DNA from: Lama guanicoe
Taxonomy: Eukaryota
DNA: 64,000 nucleotides
Direction of reading: 5' to 3'
Assembly (NCBI GenBank): GCA_013239625.1
Contig: MU054220.1
Coordinates: 7,785,367 to 7,849,366, forward strand
How positions within the stretch are numbered: position 1 is the first letter of the stretch; every line of letters begins with the position of its first letter. A program made the translations under genes and the position numbers. A model generated the notes under the pieces. It made no database searches and was not told the DNA's origin. It saw only the letters and a program-made list of their open reading frames with translations. Positions 13,120 to 25,504 of the stretch are shown piece after piece.

Positions 13120-13290
13120 GTGATCACACAATTACTCCACTTGTTCCTCACAACAGTTCTGTAGGTTGACCAGAGTAGAAATTAACATTGGCCTTAAACA
13201 GAAAGGGAAAGTGAGGCCTAGAAAATGAAGTAATTTTTCCAAGGCAACATGGTTAGTAAGTGCCAAAACTGGAATTAAAACTGAGGATAT
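13120..13290 (-). mobile_element. MIR SINE
   Basis: TCCTCACAACAG.TCTGTAGG...ACAGAAAGGGAAAGTGAGGCCTAGA...TCCAAGGCAACATGGTTAGTAAGTG. Confidence 0.75.
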
Positions 13291-14224
13291 TTCATATCGA
13301 GGCAACAATATTTACTACATTATGTAGTCAAAAAAAAGCTCAGTTGGGAAATCAGGAGATGAATTATTAATAATTTTGAGCCTTGAAAAACAGTATTTCA
13401 TCAATGGAGATATACTTGAGATATATGTTAAAAATGGAGCAAATAATGCAAGCACAGATGCTCTAAGAGAAAAGCAGTAAGGAGAGAAGGGAGAAGTCTG
13501 TGTGTATAGGGAGAAAACATGGAACCTGAGGTTTTATGAGATAAGCTGGGAAAAATAAATACATTTAAAAAAACAAAAGGATTGACACAACTCTCAACTA
13601 GAACAGTGTTACTCTGCAAGAGGGAAAAAAGACCAACTGGCCCCAGAAATTCCTTATGGACATGTAGGTTGATGAGAAGTCCAAAAATACGGTCATTAAT
13701 ACTTGTATAAATTTACTAAAATGTTCAGTGCTGTGTGACGCTTACTTTGTTTCATTCTTATAAATCTGATTTTAAAGACTCAGTAACAGGTATAGCAAAT
13801 TCAAATATAGAGTCTGACTGAAGATCATGAGTCCTTATACTCTCATTTGGTGTGTAGTTAGTGTCCCTCGACAGCTTCACAAAAGTATTCTGATCTAGTA
13901 AAAGGAAAATGAGCTTTTTTTTTTAAGTTATAGCTTTTATAATTATTACTTGGAATCTTGAATAAAGTATTTAACCTCCCTAGGTATCAGCTGCTTCTTC
14001 TGTAAAGCGAGAATTAACATGCCTGCACTGCAAGATCAGCGGTCAGGGTAGGACAAGGTGAAATACTTAACTTGGCCAATCTTTACTTGTGAGGCATGAT
14101 CTTCAGATGCCTTACAGTATTTTAAGGATGCAATATTTACCTGTGTGTTTTTTCCATCCATCACTTAGTGTCCTGTGGGATGCAACTGAGGATGAACTGA
14201 CAATGCTCACAGTATGAATTACTA

Positions 14225-14239
14225 CCAGTAGGTGGCACT
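14225..14239 (+). promoter_or_regulatory. CTCF core motif (predicted)
   Basis: CCAGTAGGTGGCACT is a full match to CCASYAGRKGGCRSY; a CAGT lies upstream at the spacing of the CTCF upstream module. Confidence 0.55.
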
Positions 14240-15977
14240 GATTATTTTTATTTTTAAACGTCCCAGAACTGAAAATCCTATATATAATAAAGTGAGAAAA
14301 ATATATAGCCCTTCAAGACAAGAAAGCTTAAGAATTTGAGAAAACCCTAATCTTTATATTTTCTGCTAAGGAACAAAAAGTATTTCTGTAGTTAATCTTT
14401 CATAAGATTTAACTTCAAACAAAGAGTGATGGGTATCTGCATCTTGGAGAATATAGCCATAAGACAGGCTATACAGAGAGAGAACTACTCAAATATGTAT
14501 GCACCAAGAGTACAGAGTCTTCAAAGAGTCCAACTCTCTTGTAGGCAATCTTGTCTGCTATCACTGTCTTCACTTTCTATTCCTCACTTCAATGATAGCT
14601 ATCTTAATATTGCAAATTTGTTTAATGTTGAAAGACTATTTTTTTCCTGATTACTGGCAAGCTAATGGATTCTGCAAGAAAGACAGGTAAAAATGTCAAC
14701 AATAGATAAATGGTGTACATATTCAAAGAGGCTGTCTCACCCGTGTTCTGATATACATCTGTTAATATCGCACGCTAAACGTGCAAGGCTGTTTCTTTTC
14801 AAAAATCAGGTTACATGTGAGTTCAGATGACAACGTCAACCTAGCAGTTTTGTGTTGCTATGCCGAGAAGACAATGTTTTCTATTACAATAGTAAAATGT
14901 ACATCTATATGATGAATAAGGTACATTCAGCTCCAGGCAGGGCTGATACAATTGGAACAATTTCCATTCACTGGCATATGAAACTCCTTTCTTCAAAGCA
15001 AATATAAATTAACTCAATCATTCAGTAGGCATACATTGGGCATCTTTGTTATTCCAGGCATTGGGACGGCCATTTGGAGGAAATAATCTCTCAGTCTTTG
15101 AACTGATTCTATCTGTTCCACAGGTATTGTGATAACACACTTGCAGGATTAATCCAAGTCTAGGTTGCATAACCTGCCAATTTCTAGGAAAAAAAAAAAT
15201 GTGAGCACAGCCAACCTAGATATTATGAGCATGGATTTCTACTTCTAAAACATATCACCATCTCGTAAACAGTAGAGTTATCAGACAAAACGCTCTCCTC
15301 ATTCGGTTCACTTGAGGCTTTCTCGTACTTTCAGAGATACTGGAGAGACTAGTTTTATGCTCCCAACTTGTTTCCTTTTTTTGCTTTTACTGCACAGTAA
15401 TGAAGGCTCCTGGAGAAGATGACAGTCTGCATTTTAGCATCCCTCTTCCCACTCCAGAACTTCCAATCCAGAGAAGAGCTCAAGAATTGGGATTTTTGCT
15501 GGAGACTGATTTGGATTTGTAACTCACTGAAGGCACTGCCTCAGTTGGCCTCCATTGAAACAGATCCCACTGTTTCCCGCCTCTGCACCATCCCTGCATG
15601 TTCCCAGTCTACTTCAGGCTATTATATTTATGTTAATCTATGGAAAACAGAAGCCATTGTTAAGACTGCTAATCTATTTTGAGAGAGAGAGACAAGATAA
15701 CAAATGTTTTATCTTGTATAAACACAAAATACTGAAAAGGATTCTTTATTGAAGACTAAGTTATCATTATCTCAGGGAAATCTTCATTAAAAAAAGTGAC
15801 TTTGAGCTACAAGTCAACATGTGTGTCTCAATAACTAGGCCTTATATCCCAACAGGTATTGATCTAAAAGCAGTGAGTTTTGACAGTGCTATTAATTTTG
15901 GCCAATGCAGGCATAAAAACTCTGAAGCTATCATTCAGTCTACTAGCTTGCCATCGTTTCATGGATATGGGTAGAAA

Positions 15978-16295
15978 TGCAGTAGAGAATAACCTCTGTT
16001 TTGTTGGAGGTTTACAGGGACACCATGACCTGGCCCACGGGGATGGCTGCAAGAACAAAGAATGCCTGCAGCAAGAAGATTGCAACTGTCAACCACACCC
16101 CTCCCTCTTTTTTTTTTTTTGTATAAAAGGAGCCTGTAATCTGGCTAGAGCAGGATGGTTCTCCAAGACAGTAGTCTGCCATCCTCTCCGTCTGCCGGCT
16201 TTCCAAATAAAGTCGCTACTCCTTGCCCCAGCATCTCGTCTTCCGATTTATCGGCCCGTCATGCGGCGAGCAGAAGGCGTTTGGACTTGGCAACA
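15978..16295 (+). mobile_element. ERV1 solo LTR (MER41/MER72-like 3' end)
   Basis: TG...CA ends with 4-bp TSD GAAA (15974-15977, 16296-16299); TATAAAA 16122-16128; AATAAA 16206-16211; U5 GCGGCGAGCAG...TTTGGACTTGGCAACA. Confidence 0.85.
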
Positions 16296-16635
16296 GAAAG
16301 AAGATTCCTGACTCCTCAGTCAAAGGTTATTAGCAACTTACTACTCACAGCAATATTTAGCCCAGGAGAATTAGTTCCCTAAACCCGTTTCCAACAGAAC
16401 TTCTGCAGAGAAGGAGATCCTGAGTTGAGGGGACCTGAATCTTTTCTAGCAGGTAGTGAATGTTCGCCTTTTGTCTGAAGAAAGAAATATTATTTTTATT
16501 CTACTGGACAGTGAACTTGTCTGCCCTATTCTCTGGAGGAAAAGAGTAACTTTATTTTCTAAAGATGTTTGCCGTACAAACATATTTGAAAAGGTAGTCT
16601 CAAACAAAGGGGAATAGGACCTCCTTTGCCGGACA

Positions 16636-17118
16636 TATAGAAATACAAAAGACTGAATCTTCCCCAAATGTGCCACTTTTGCATGAGAAAGAGTTTGAGC
16701 TGAAGGCAGTCAAGACCCTGGGGATTCATAAGAAACTGCTGCCCCTCCCTTAGCTACCTAGAAGAATTTAAATTGGAGATTTTTCCCCAAGAAAGAGTTA
16801 TTACCGGAGATAAATTTTATCTAAGTAGCCGCATCTAAATGGCAGGGCAAACATCTAATTACCAAACATCTCTTCTTTGTATCCTGTGAATGACCCTCCT
16901 GTCCTCGGGAGCCCCAGCCCCCTATTCCATTCCTTAGCTCAGAGTGACATATATACCTCATTTTACCTTCCTGTCTCTGAACCTCTCATGTATGTGGGTT
17001 CCTGTACATATAAAATTAAATTTTAATTTTTCCTGTTACTTTGTCTCATGTCAATTTAATTCTAAGACCAGCAGTAAGAATTTATAAAGATTGAGGAAAT
17101 TTTTCTTTCTCCCCAACA
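16636..17118 (+). mobile_element. ERV1 solo LTR (MER34/MER39-like)
   Basis: CCCCAAATGTGCCACTTT...TTTGAGCTGAAGGCA start region; TCTCATGTCAATTTAATT...CTCCCCAACA end; left boundary approximate. Confidence 0.8.
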
Positions 17119-18269
17119 AGACCAGTGATATTGCAAGTCTTGAAATACTAGAATAAAACTATTTAAAAAATTAAAAGAAAATTTCTTCATTTATTGTCCT
17201 ATCATGGAGACGATCATAAAGTCTCCTCCTGAATACTTCAGGGCAAGGTAACTTATTATTTCATGAGACAGGCGATTGCATTGTTCCACAGTAAATCTTT
17301 ATCAAAATTGACTTTGCAAAGATTCAATCTTCTGCTGAAAGCAATAATTGCATTTTTAAAGCAGTTATACTATTTTGAATCTTGCTTGAAGCCTGTAGTC
17401 ACCTACATTCCTAAATGATTTTTTTTCCCTTAACATCTTCTGCAATTAAACAGCATCTCCTTCCTTCTTTTTATATAAAATTTATTTTTTGAGGGTAAGG
17501 ACAGAATTTGGTATTAGTGTTTGTTTATTTCAGCTCAGAAGGTTGATCTGCTGATCACTAAATTTAGTTCTATGAAGGAAAAAAAAAAGTCTTTCCTAAT
17601 GGATTTATCAATAGTCGCTGCTAGTTACTGCAAAGGTGAGAATTTCACCAAGAGTTAATGGGAAGTCACAGGCAGAATTTGCGAATTTATTTGATTATCA
17701 AAGATAATTCTTGGTTATGACAAAAAACATTTTTTTTAAATATGAAGTCTCTTCTTGGATTATGGGAATTGTCTTACTTGATAAAAATTAACACTTGATT
17801 TGGAAAATATCTGCTTTCTTTTAAACTCTGTAGTCAAATAATTGCTTTTAGAATGTGTTATGAATATTGGCCACATTTCATTTACATCCACAAGAACTTT
17901 TTCATTCAGAAAAAAATATATTATACCGTTAAATAAAATTCAGATTGGACAAGACAATCTTTGCTTAAATGAAAAAAAAAAAAAATCAGAGACTATTTGT
18001 AACTTTCCCCCCAGATTTACAGTTCAATTATTTCATTTCACAAACTTTGGTTAAATGTGTTTGGAGTATTTCACTGGAAATAGTTTATTTCATTGTTTTA
18101 ATCTGAGTGATGACTTTTAAATTCTTATTTATTACTTGGAACTGTTAATCCTCCCCTCTTCCTACTTTCTGGGTTAACACCTGGAAAGGAATGAGAAGAA
18201 AGATAATTACTGACTTTAATTTTTAAAATCGCTTTAGAACTCAGACGCTTTAATTTTAGGGTCTACCTA

Positions 18270-18310
18270 GATGATGGTGATGATCATGACGATGACGATG
18301 ATGATGAAGA
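18270..18310 (+). repeat. Imperfect (GAT/GAC)n microsatellite
   Basis: GATGATGGTGATGATCATGACGATGACGATGATGATGAAGA. Confidence 0.8.
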
Positions 18311-18420
18311 TTTGCTTGAATCCACATTTAAGACGTGAAAGAGGATTAAATCCACACTATCTTCAGAAAGTCAATGATAGTAGGTAGGATATGTGCGAAG
18401 TAATGCCATTCTTTAGTGTC

Positions 18421-18835
18421 CGTGATGGCTAATTTTTTGTAACTTGACTGGGCCACAGGGTGTCCAGATGGCCCATCAAACATTACTCCGAATGTTTCTA
18501 TGACGGTGTTTTTACATAAGATTAACATTTAAATTGGTAGACTGAATAAAGCAAATTGCTCCCCCTAATGTGTATGGGCCTCATCCAACCAGCTGAAGGT
18601 CTGAATTTTGACTGCTTTCCACAGGACATTGGCTTATTCCTGTCTTCACGCTCAGTCTGAAACACTGGCTCTTCCTGGCTCTAGTGCCTGCAGTTTTTTG
18701 ACTGAAACTATGCTACTGGCTCCCCTGGGTCTCCAAGGCACTGATTCACTCTGCAGGTCCTGAGACTTCTCTTCCTCTGTAACTGTGTGACCCAATTTCT
18801 TGTAATAAACATCTTCTCCAGAAAACCCTAATACT
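18421..18835 (+). mobile_element. MLT2C/MLT2D-like ERVL LTR
   Basis: (C)GTGATGGCTAATTTT..GT.AACTTGACTGGGCCACAGGGTG.CCAGAT...AAACCCTAATAC; perfect 5-bp TSD GTGTC (18416-18420, 18836-18840). Confidence 0.9.
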
Positions 18836-19074
18836 GTGTCTTTTGTAGACTCCCAGATAAAGTGTTATTCAATGTTATCTATAAACATATTCTATAATTT
18901 TATTTATGGCTCTATCTGGTCTTGTTTCTTTTCCTCCTTTGTACAAGTCCTTAAATCACATGCACATACACCATAGTAGAGTATCAGAATGCTAACTGTA
19001 TAAGTGGTATATGGAATATAACATAAAGCATATGGTATCAATAGATTACGACAATGTCTATAACTTCCTAAAGC

Positions 19075-19520
19075 ACGTTTAACCATTCCCCCAAAATGAG
19101 CGTTCCTTTCTTCTTAAGCACACAAACAGATTACATTTCCTACTTACCTGTAGTTATGTGTAGCCATATAATTGAGTCCTAATCAAGGAACCGTGAACAG
19201 AAATAATATATGCCACTTTCAGGACTAGCTCATACAAACTTCCCACTAGAGTGTCGTATTTTTTTTCTCCCCTTCTCGCTAAGACAGAGCCTACCACTAA
19301 GGTCAGCATGTGATGAAAAGACAGACCCTCAGAGTAAGTCCCCAAAACGTACACACGAGGCAGAAATGTCTGTACCCTCCCTGAGCCTCCACTCCTGCTG
19401 ACCAGGGATATCTAACTCGGAACGCTATGTGGGTGCAGAATAAGCTTCCCTGGAGCCTGAACTCAAACGTACTTGCGGTCGGTGGTTACTGGTGCCTCCA
19501 CAGCACCACCTACCATAACA
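19075..19520 (+). mobile_element. MLT1I/MLT1J-like MaLR LTR
   Basis: GATTACATTTCC...GTAGTTA.GTGTAGCCAT...GAGT.CT...CAGAAATAATATATGCCACTTTCAGG; ends TAACA. Confidence 0.7.
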
Positions 19521-20001
19521 GGTATCTTGGTTTGGAAGAGATTAAAACTGTCCTGTAAGACAGAAGAACTGGTAGAATTCATCATACAATGCCATCTTGC
19601 TAGGTTGAACATATTTGATTTTAATACAGAATACAAAATGAAGAGGTAAAACAGGGTTTTGAAAGTTTTACATAATAAATATTTGCTGCTTAATATGTAT
19701 GAGGCTTTAGGCTAACAACTGCATCAAGTACCTACTATAAAAACAATTACTACTGCCAAAATACTGCCCTCAAGAAAACAAGCACGGTTCACACGTGTTC
19801 TATCTATACATTAAAAAAAAAAACAAACTGTCACCTGCAGGAGATAACTCATTATTATTAGTTTTGAACCACTGAATAAAGGCCTCTAGGGAGGAATAAA
19901 TAGAAAACAGTAAATTCTATGGTAACTCAGAGATAAGAGACTACTTTTCAGTAGGTGGTAAAAAAGGATTCCAAGAGGAGATAAGATTTTGTTGAGTATA
20001 T

Positions 20002-20048
<47 letters not shown>
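20002..20048 (+). repeat. (TAGA)9(CAGA)2 compound tetranucleotide STR
   Basis: Counted directly from the sequence. Confidence 0.95.
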
Positions 20049-20331
20049 GAAGGAAGATCGATGCAGCAAAAACTCACACATTTAGAGAGGTATGGAGAAA
20101 TACTACTTTGGATAGTAGGATAGTAGGAGAGAAACAGAGAAACAGTGTAAACTTAAGGCAGTGAAAACACCATACTGATCAGACCTAGGGGTGCACATCT
20201 ATAGATAAGTCACCAGATACTGGAGTGAACTAATGCTTAGAGCTAGTCAGATGCTGGTGGAGTTCTTTATGCAGTTTGCTAAGGATTTTAGCACTTATTT
20301 TGTAGGTAATAAGAGATTCATTAAGTTAAAC

Positions 20332-20570
20332 TAAATTGGCAATTCGAGATGATCTGCAGATACTAACTACTATATATAAAATAGACAAACAAGTTTATAC
20401 TGTATAGCACAGGGAACTATATTCAAAATCTTGCAGTAACTTATGGTTAAAAAGAATATGAAAACAAATATATGTATGTTCATGTATGACTGAAGCATTA
20501 TGCTCTACACCAGAAACTGACACAACATTGTAAACTGAATACACTTCAAAAAAAAAATATGAAAAAAAAG
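20332..20570 (+). mobile_element. Camelid/cetartiodactyl L1 3' end, 5'-truncated, with A-rich tail
   Basis: GCAGATACTAACTACTATATATAAAATAGA...ACTGTATAGCACAGGGAACTATATTCAA...ACACCAGAAAC.GACACAACATTGTAAACTGA followed by A tracts. Confidence 0.9.
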
Positions 20571-22089
20571 TTGAGAAGTGAAAAAAAAAATAAAGCTTCT
20601 ACAAACATCCAAAAAGAAAAAAGATAATCCAAGTATATTTAAAAACTGAGGTAACTGTTCCAAGGTGCTTATTTTGAATTAAAAGTTAAGAAAAAAATTG
20701 AGATTTTCTTCCTCGAGTCTTCTGAATTTTCAGTGGCTATTTCGTTTTGGTAAATCACTATCAAAAGGTATTCCATAGACAAGCTGTGAAATTCAATAGA
20801 ATAAAAAAAATCTCAGAACCAAGTGTTCAAGTGCTTTCATAAAGAAGTAGAATAGGTCCCTAATCATTTCCAAACGCTTAGAAGCACACTCTACTGACTG
20901 TTACTTTTTATAATTTCAGAAAAGTGCAAAACAATTTTACCTTCCTTTTAACAAGGTGTTGAGAAGAGCACTACATTTCTTTTCATGTGTCAGATGTGTC
21001 CTTTTGTTTAGGTGACTGCTTTCAGACTGTCCTGCAGAAATCTGTTCACAATAAGTGGCAAATTGGTAGGAGCTTTGTTTTGGTTTTTCACCTCATTACA
21101 TTTCTCCTGTATGTGTTCATCCATCAGAATGTCTAATCTCATTCCAAAATTACCAGCTTCACTTACCCCTTAATAATTGGTACCGCCACCCCTATAATAA
21201 CAATAATATCATTTATAATAACAATATTCATAATGGCAGCTTAATTTTCTTTCATAAGAATTTTCAGGAAAGTATGATTTTACAAAGTCGTTTTCCAACA
21301 TGAATCTTGGGGGCAAAAAATGATAATCTTTGAAACAGAGAGAAATACTGATGGAAGGACAACTAAAGTCATGCTGAGTTAATGCACAATGGGTGTCATG
21401 GTCGTGGTAGAGGATTTAGATGTTTGAGGATGGGACAGGAGATAGTAATGTTTGTAGTTTCTGATTTTAGTGAAAACATTCGCTCTCTCTTTCTAAATCT
21501 CTTAGAAAAAGAATGAAGGTACTACAGAAATATTCTCCTCTCAAAGTGAGTTATGAGAACTCAAAATGGCTTTGTAAGGATACCAAGCATAAGTGAACTC
21601 TACAAGAGAAGTGTGGTGTCTCAGGCAGGTTTCAAAGTTCAACCCCAAGCTCCCTTCCAAAGTGAGCAGGTACTTTAAAAAATCTCACTTTTGTGAACAG
21701 GATTTCTGTGCCACTGTAAAAAGACAAAAAGAGAAAATCAAGCAAGACCCACTTCAGAAAGATATATGACAGTTTGTCTGGACGGGAAACGTTGTGTGTG
21801 GGGTTGGGGGGGGCAGGTTTCAATTGTGTTATACTTGTCGTTATTAAGTGACAGTTTGCAAACAGCCACATAAATACGGCCCATGAAAAATGGACTAAGT
21901 GAAGCACCTACCTTTGGTTCACAAAATTCTAGGCTTAGGCCTGTAGAAGATCTGGAAGGTCAGACTACACGCACACAGATGCAGACAGGTTGTAGCAAGT
22001 AGTAGCCAGAGATTCAATCGATGGCACCCTTCCCCCTGCTTTGAGTTCAGCCGCTCAGATTTCCAGATCTCCAGATGACGTACACTGGA

Positions 22090-22538
22090 TCCTCTTCCCT
22101 GCCCCTTCAGCTTTTATCTCCAATCGCTCAACTGTACTTAATTCAGTGACTCAGACACAGAAAACTAACAAACTCATGAATGCCTTCCTGTGCCATTCTC
22201 TCTTCGATCCCTACTCCTTTCTAAAATGTGTTCTCTGACTGGGAAATGCCCTCCCTCCTTAGACTAAAAGCATTTTTTCACCACTTTGAGCAGCATCTCT
22301 CCCGCTGAGCCTTCTTCTGTACTTCCCCCCAAATCAAGTGTCCTGTCTTTGCTTTTTCTCCACTATTCCTATAAATAACATGCATGTACCAGAGTTCTCA
22401 CCTGTGAATATTACACATACTATTCATTGTGTCTTTCTCCTCCATGGGACAGTCATCTCCTTAGGGAGGGACCACTGTATTCCTCCTAGTATCTGCCTCA
22501 TAATACACATTTCACATATTTGCTGAGAATGAATGAAC
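22090..22538 (+). mobile_element. L2 3' end
   Basis: Pyrimidine-rich L2 3' region ending ATATTTGCTGAGAATGAATGAA. Confidence 0.6.
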
Positions 22539-22984
22539 CTAAACATGAGCATCTTTTCCAACTTTTTATGTATTAATCATTCCATGGAAGAAAACAACTT
22601 GATGCTTTGTCTGCACAGCCAGTACCCAGCTGTTTCCCTTACTTGTTTAGTACCTTCAAGGTTTATTTCTATCCTCCCCTTAGTTTTGTTTTGTAGAGGT
22701 TTTCTTGTTGTTGCTGTTGTTCCTTCTTCTGTTTGTTCTTTTGTTGCCATTTTAATTTCAAATTGTTGGTGAGTCTGATTATGTATGTTGTTTGTTAGGA
22801 ACGGCTTTTCTTAGCCATTCTTTCAGATTAATTTTTACTCTTCAGGTCAAAATAGAAAATATAATAAACATTTAGATGCACTATTAAGTTTCCTAGCCTA
22901 TAAAGCTTAACTTTCAGAATCAAACATCTAAGGTTGAAGGCTGACTCCACTCAACCCTTATCATAGGACTTGAACATGCTTTCT

Positions 22985-23160
22985 TCAGTTCAATTCAACT
23001 CAATTCAAAAAACATTTATTGACTGATTGTGCTTGTCGCAGGGCCCAGCAGCAAAGGCCAGGTAAGTATCACGGGATTGGAGATACGCAAAGCAGACCAA
23101 AATAAAACATACAAAACACTTGCTTCATTGCTCACAATTCGCACACTCCACAGACTGGTC
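22985..23160 (-). mobile_element. L2 3' end fragment
   Basis: (TTCAA)n tail followed by AAACATTTATTGA and GCTCACAATT. Confidence 0.5.
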
Positions 23161-24203
23161 CAAGCAGGGAGACTAGAAACAGGGCTAACCAACGAACCAG
23201 CCACTGCAAGGAGGGGTCTGGGAAGGAGGCGTCTCAGCACAAGCAGTGGTCTCTGGCCTGGCAGCGAGCCTTGTGGTAAGCGTGTGTGGGAAGCCGCCTT
23301 CTGCTCTGCCAGAGCCTCCAGCACCAGCCATCTGGAACAGTTCTCCGTGGCATAAAGTCAGGTCCTCCAGCAAAGAGCCTTCAAGTCTCTTGGCTGAGTG
23401 GTCTCATTTTAAGGAGTGTGCCAGTAGGGCGTAACGCTAATCCTCCGAGGGTCCTGTCGCTATCAGTTTCTCCTTCTGTTCCAGTGAAGTCTTTCTGTCA
23501 ATGTTGCCAAACAAATACATTATCTAAGCGAACACTCTTAATTTATCACTCTAAGACACCCACAGTCTTATACCCAAAACTACTAATATGGAAGTTAACA
23601 CTGGCCACTGTGACTCCATTTTGTACTATTTCACACAGCCTGAGTCCTATGAGTTCCACACCAGACAAGTAGGGATCATAGCACAAAAGAAACCACATCA
23701 TGCAACAGCTTATCAAGAGCAAATCTGTTAGCTAATTAAGCGCGGTAAAGCTCTGAACAAGACAGACTCAGGCCTTGCCTTCGTAGCAGTATCGGTCTTG
23801 AAGGAAACATCCTTTAACCACATGCTGCAGGGAGTCTATTGTCTCCTCTGAAAGAACGGTGGCCACAAACCTTAATCTTCCAGGAAAAGATAAATGGGAT
23901 GATACGTATGAAATTTCTCCCCATGGTGTGTGGCAAACTCAAGGTGTTTAATGAATGACAGTTTCTCTGATTTCCACTAAAGATAATATAAGGTAGCAGG
24001 GTAATCCTATCCTATGAAATTGTGCCAAACAAGTTTTTCAGTGATGCTTTAGAATAAATGTATACATAAATCAACTATAATTTAAGTGAAAGTACTCTGG
24101 GCAAATGGTCCAAAGACTGATTTCAAAATCTAATTTTATTATTTGATTTCTGGTAACCTTGGATAGCTTAGCTATCCTATTATCCAAGTTTTTTATACTA
24201 ACA

Positions 24204-24500
24204 TTAGGGAGGGAGAAGTCTTCTTCTACCCTTCTAATTTCTGGCTGGTCTAAGAATTAAATTGACATGAGACAGATTAATAGGAGAAACTCAAACAAAA
24301 GTTTAATAATATGTATATGTGGGAGAGACCCAGGAAAAATAAATAATTCACCAAAATGGCCAAAGCCCTCACCTTGAATACCACATTCAGCTAAAGACAA
24401 AAGAGAATGTTGGGTGTATTGGAATTTCAAAGGGGAGGAAGGTGATTTATAAGATGGAAAAGCAAATATTTAGTAAATAAGTGTTTGTAGGGACACTAGA
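24204..24500 (-). mobile_element. ERV1 LTR fragment (MER34/MER39-like)
   Basis: The reverse complement of about 24244-24273 matches 17043-17072 at 29/30 positions; truncated at its 5' side. Confidence 0.8.
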
Positions 24501-24517
24501 CTCTGTTTTATTATTAG

Positions 24518-25500
24518 GAAATAATAAAGATTAGAGCAGAAATTGATGAAATAACAAATAATAAAAATAAAGAAAATCAATAGAACCAAAAGCCATGTTT
24601 TTGTCAAGTTCAATACAACTGAAAAAACTTTAGCTATTTAGACAGACAAGTCATACTACTGGAACCAGAAATGGAAAAGGAGACTTACTACCAACTTTAC
24701 AGAAATACAAAGAGTTAAAAGAATACTAAGAAAAATTGCATATCAATAAATTAAGACAATTTAGATGGCATTACTTCCTAGAAAGCACAAATTACTGAAA
24801 CTAATACAAAAAGAAATAAACAATGTGAATACACCTATAACAAGTAAAGGTACTGAATTACTAATCAAAATCCAACCAAAAAGTACAGCCCAGGTCCAGA
24901 TGGCTTCACAGTTGAATTTTACCAATTTAAAAAATGATTCATGTTGATTCTTCTCAAATAAAATCAGAGGGAATAATGCCCAAATCATTTTATGAGATAA
25001 GTATAACCATGATAAATATCCAAATAAAAACATCACAAGAAAACAATAGACTAATACTTGTAACAAATATGAACCCCAAATCCTAAACAAAATACTCACA
25101 GAATAAATTCAGCAATGTATTAAAAAAATTATACACTGTGACCAAGTGGTATATCTCAGGAGCGCAAGGTTTGTCTAATACCAGCAGAAAACACCTTATC
25201 AACAGAAAACACACATGATCATCTCAATAGATGCAGAAAAAAAGCATTAAAAAACAAATCATTTCTTGATAAAACCTGAAAAACATACGTATACAAAGGA
25301 GCTTCAAGTTGATAAAAGACATCTATGAAAAACTCAGAGCTAGTATCACATGTAATAGTAAAAGACTAGAAGGAGAAGAAAGACAAAAATATTCACTCTT
25401 GCCAATTCCACGCCTCATTAGACTGAGCCTTCAGGTAGGGCAGTGAGACAAGAAAAAGAAATAAAAGGAATCTAGATGGGAAAGATAATGAGTCTATTTG
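24518..25500 (+). mobile_element. Old L1 ORF2 fragment (frameshifted, dead)
   Basis: ORF 24765-24947 (LLKLIQKEINNVNTPITSK..) corresponds to L1 ORF2 LPRLNQEE..LNRPIT; also CCAGGTCCAGATGGCTTCACAG.TGAATT and CACATGATCATCTCAATAGATGCAGAAAAA. Confidence 0.9.
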
Positions 25501-25504
25501 GACT

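Noticed and set aside
15864..16382. Cluster of overlapping ORFs up to 143 aa
   Set aside because: Chance frames across a GC-richer solo LTR
23421..23432. CTCF-like CCAGTAGGGCG (also 12613-12627 and 57283-57297)
   Set aside because: Each lacks bases or has several mismatches in the core
24765..24947. ORFs with real protein similarity (also 31830-32030)
   Set aside because: Fragments of dead L1 ORF2, not host genes
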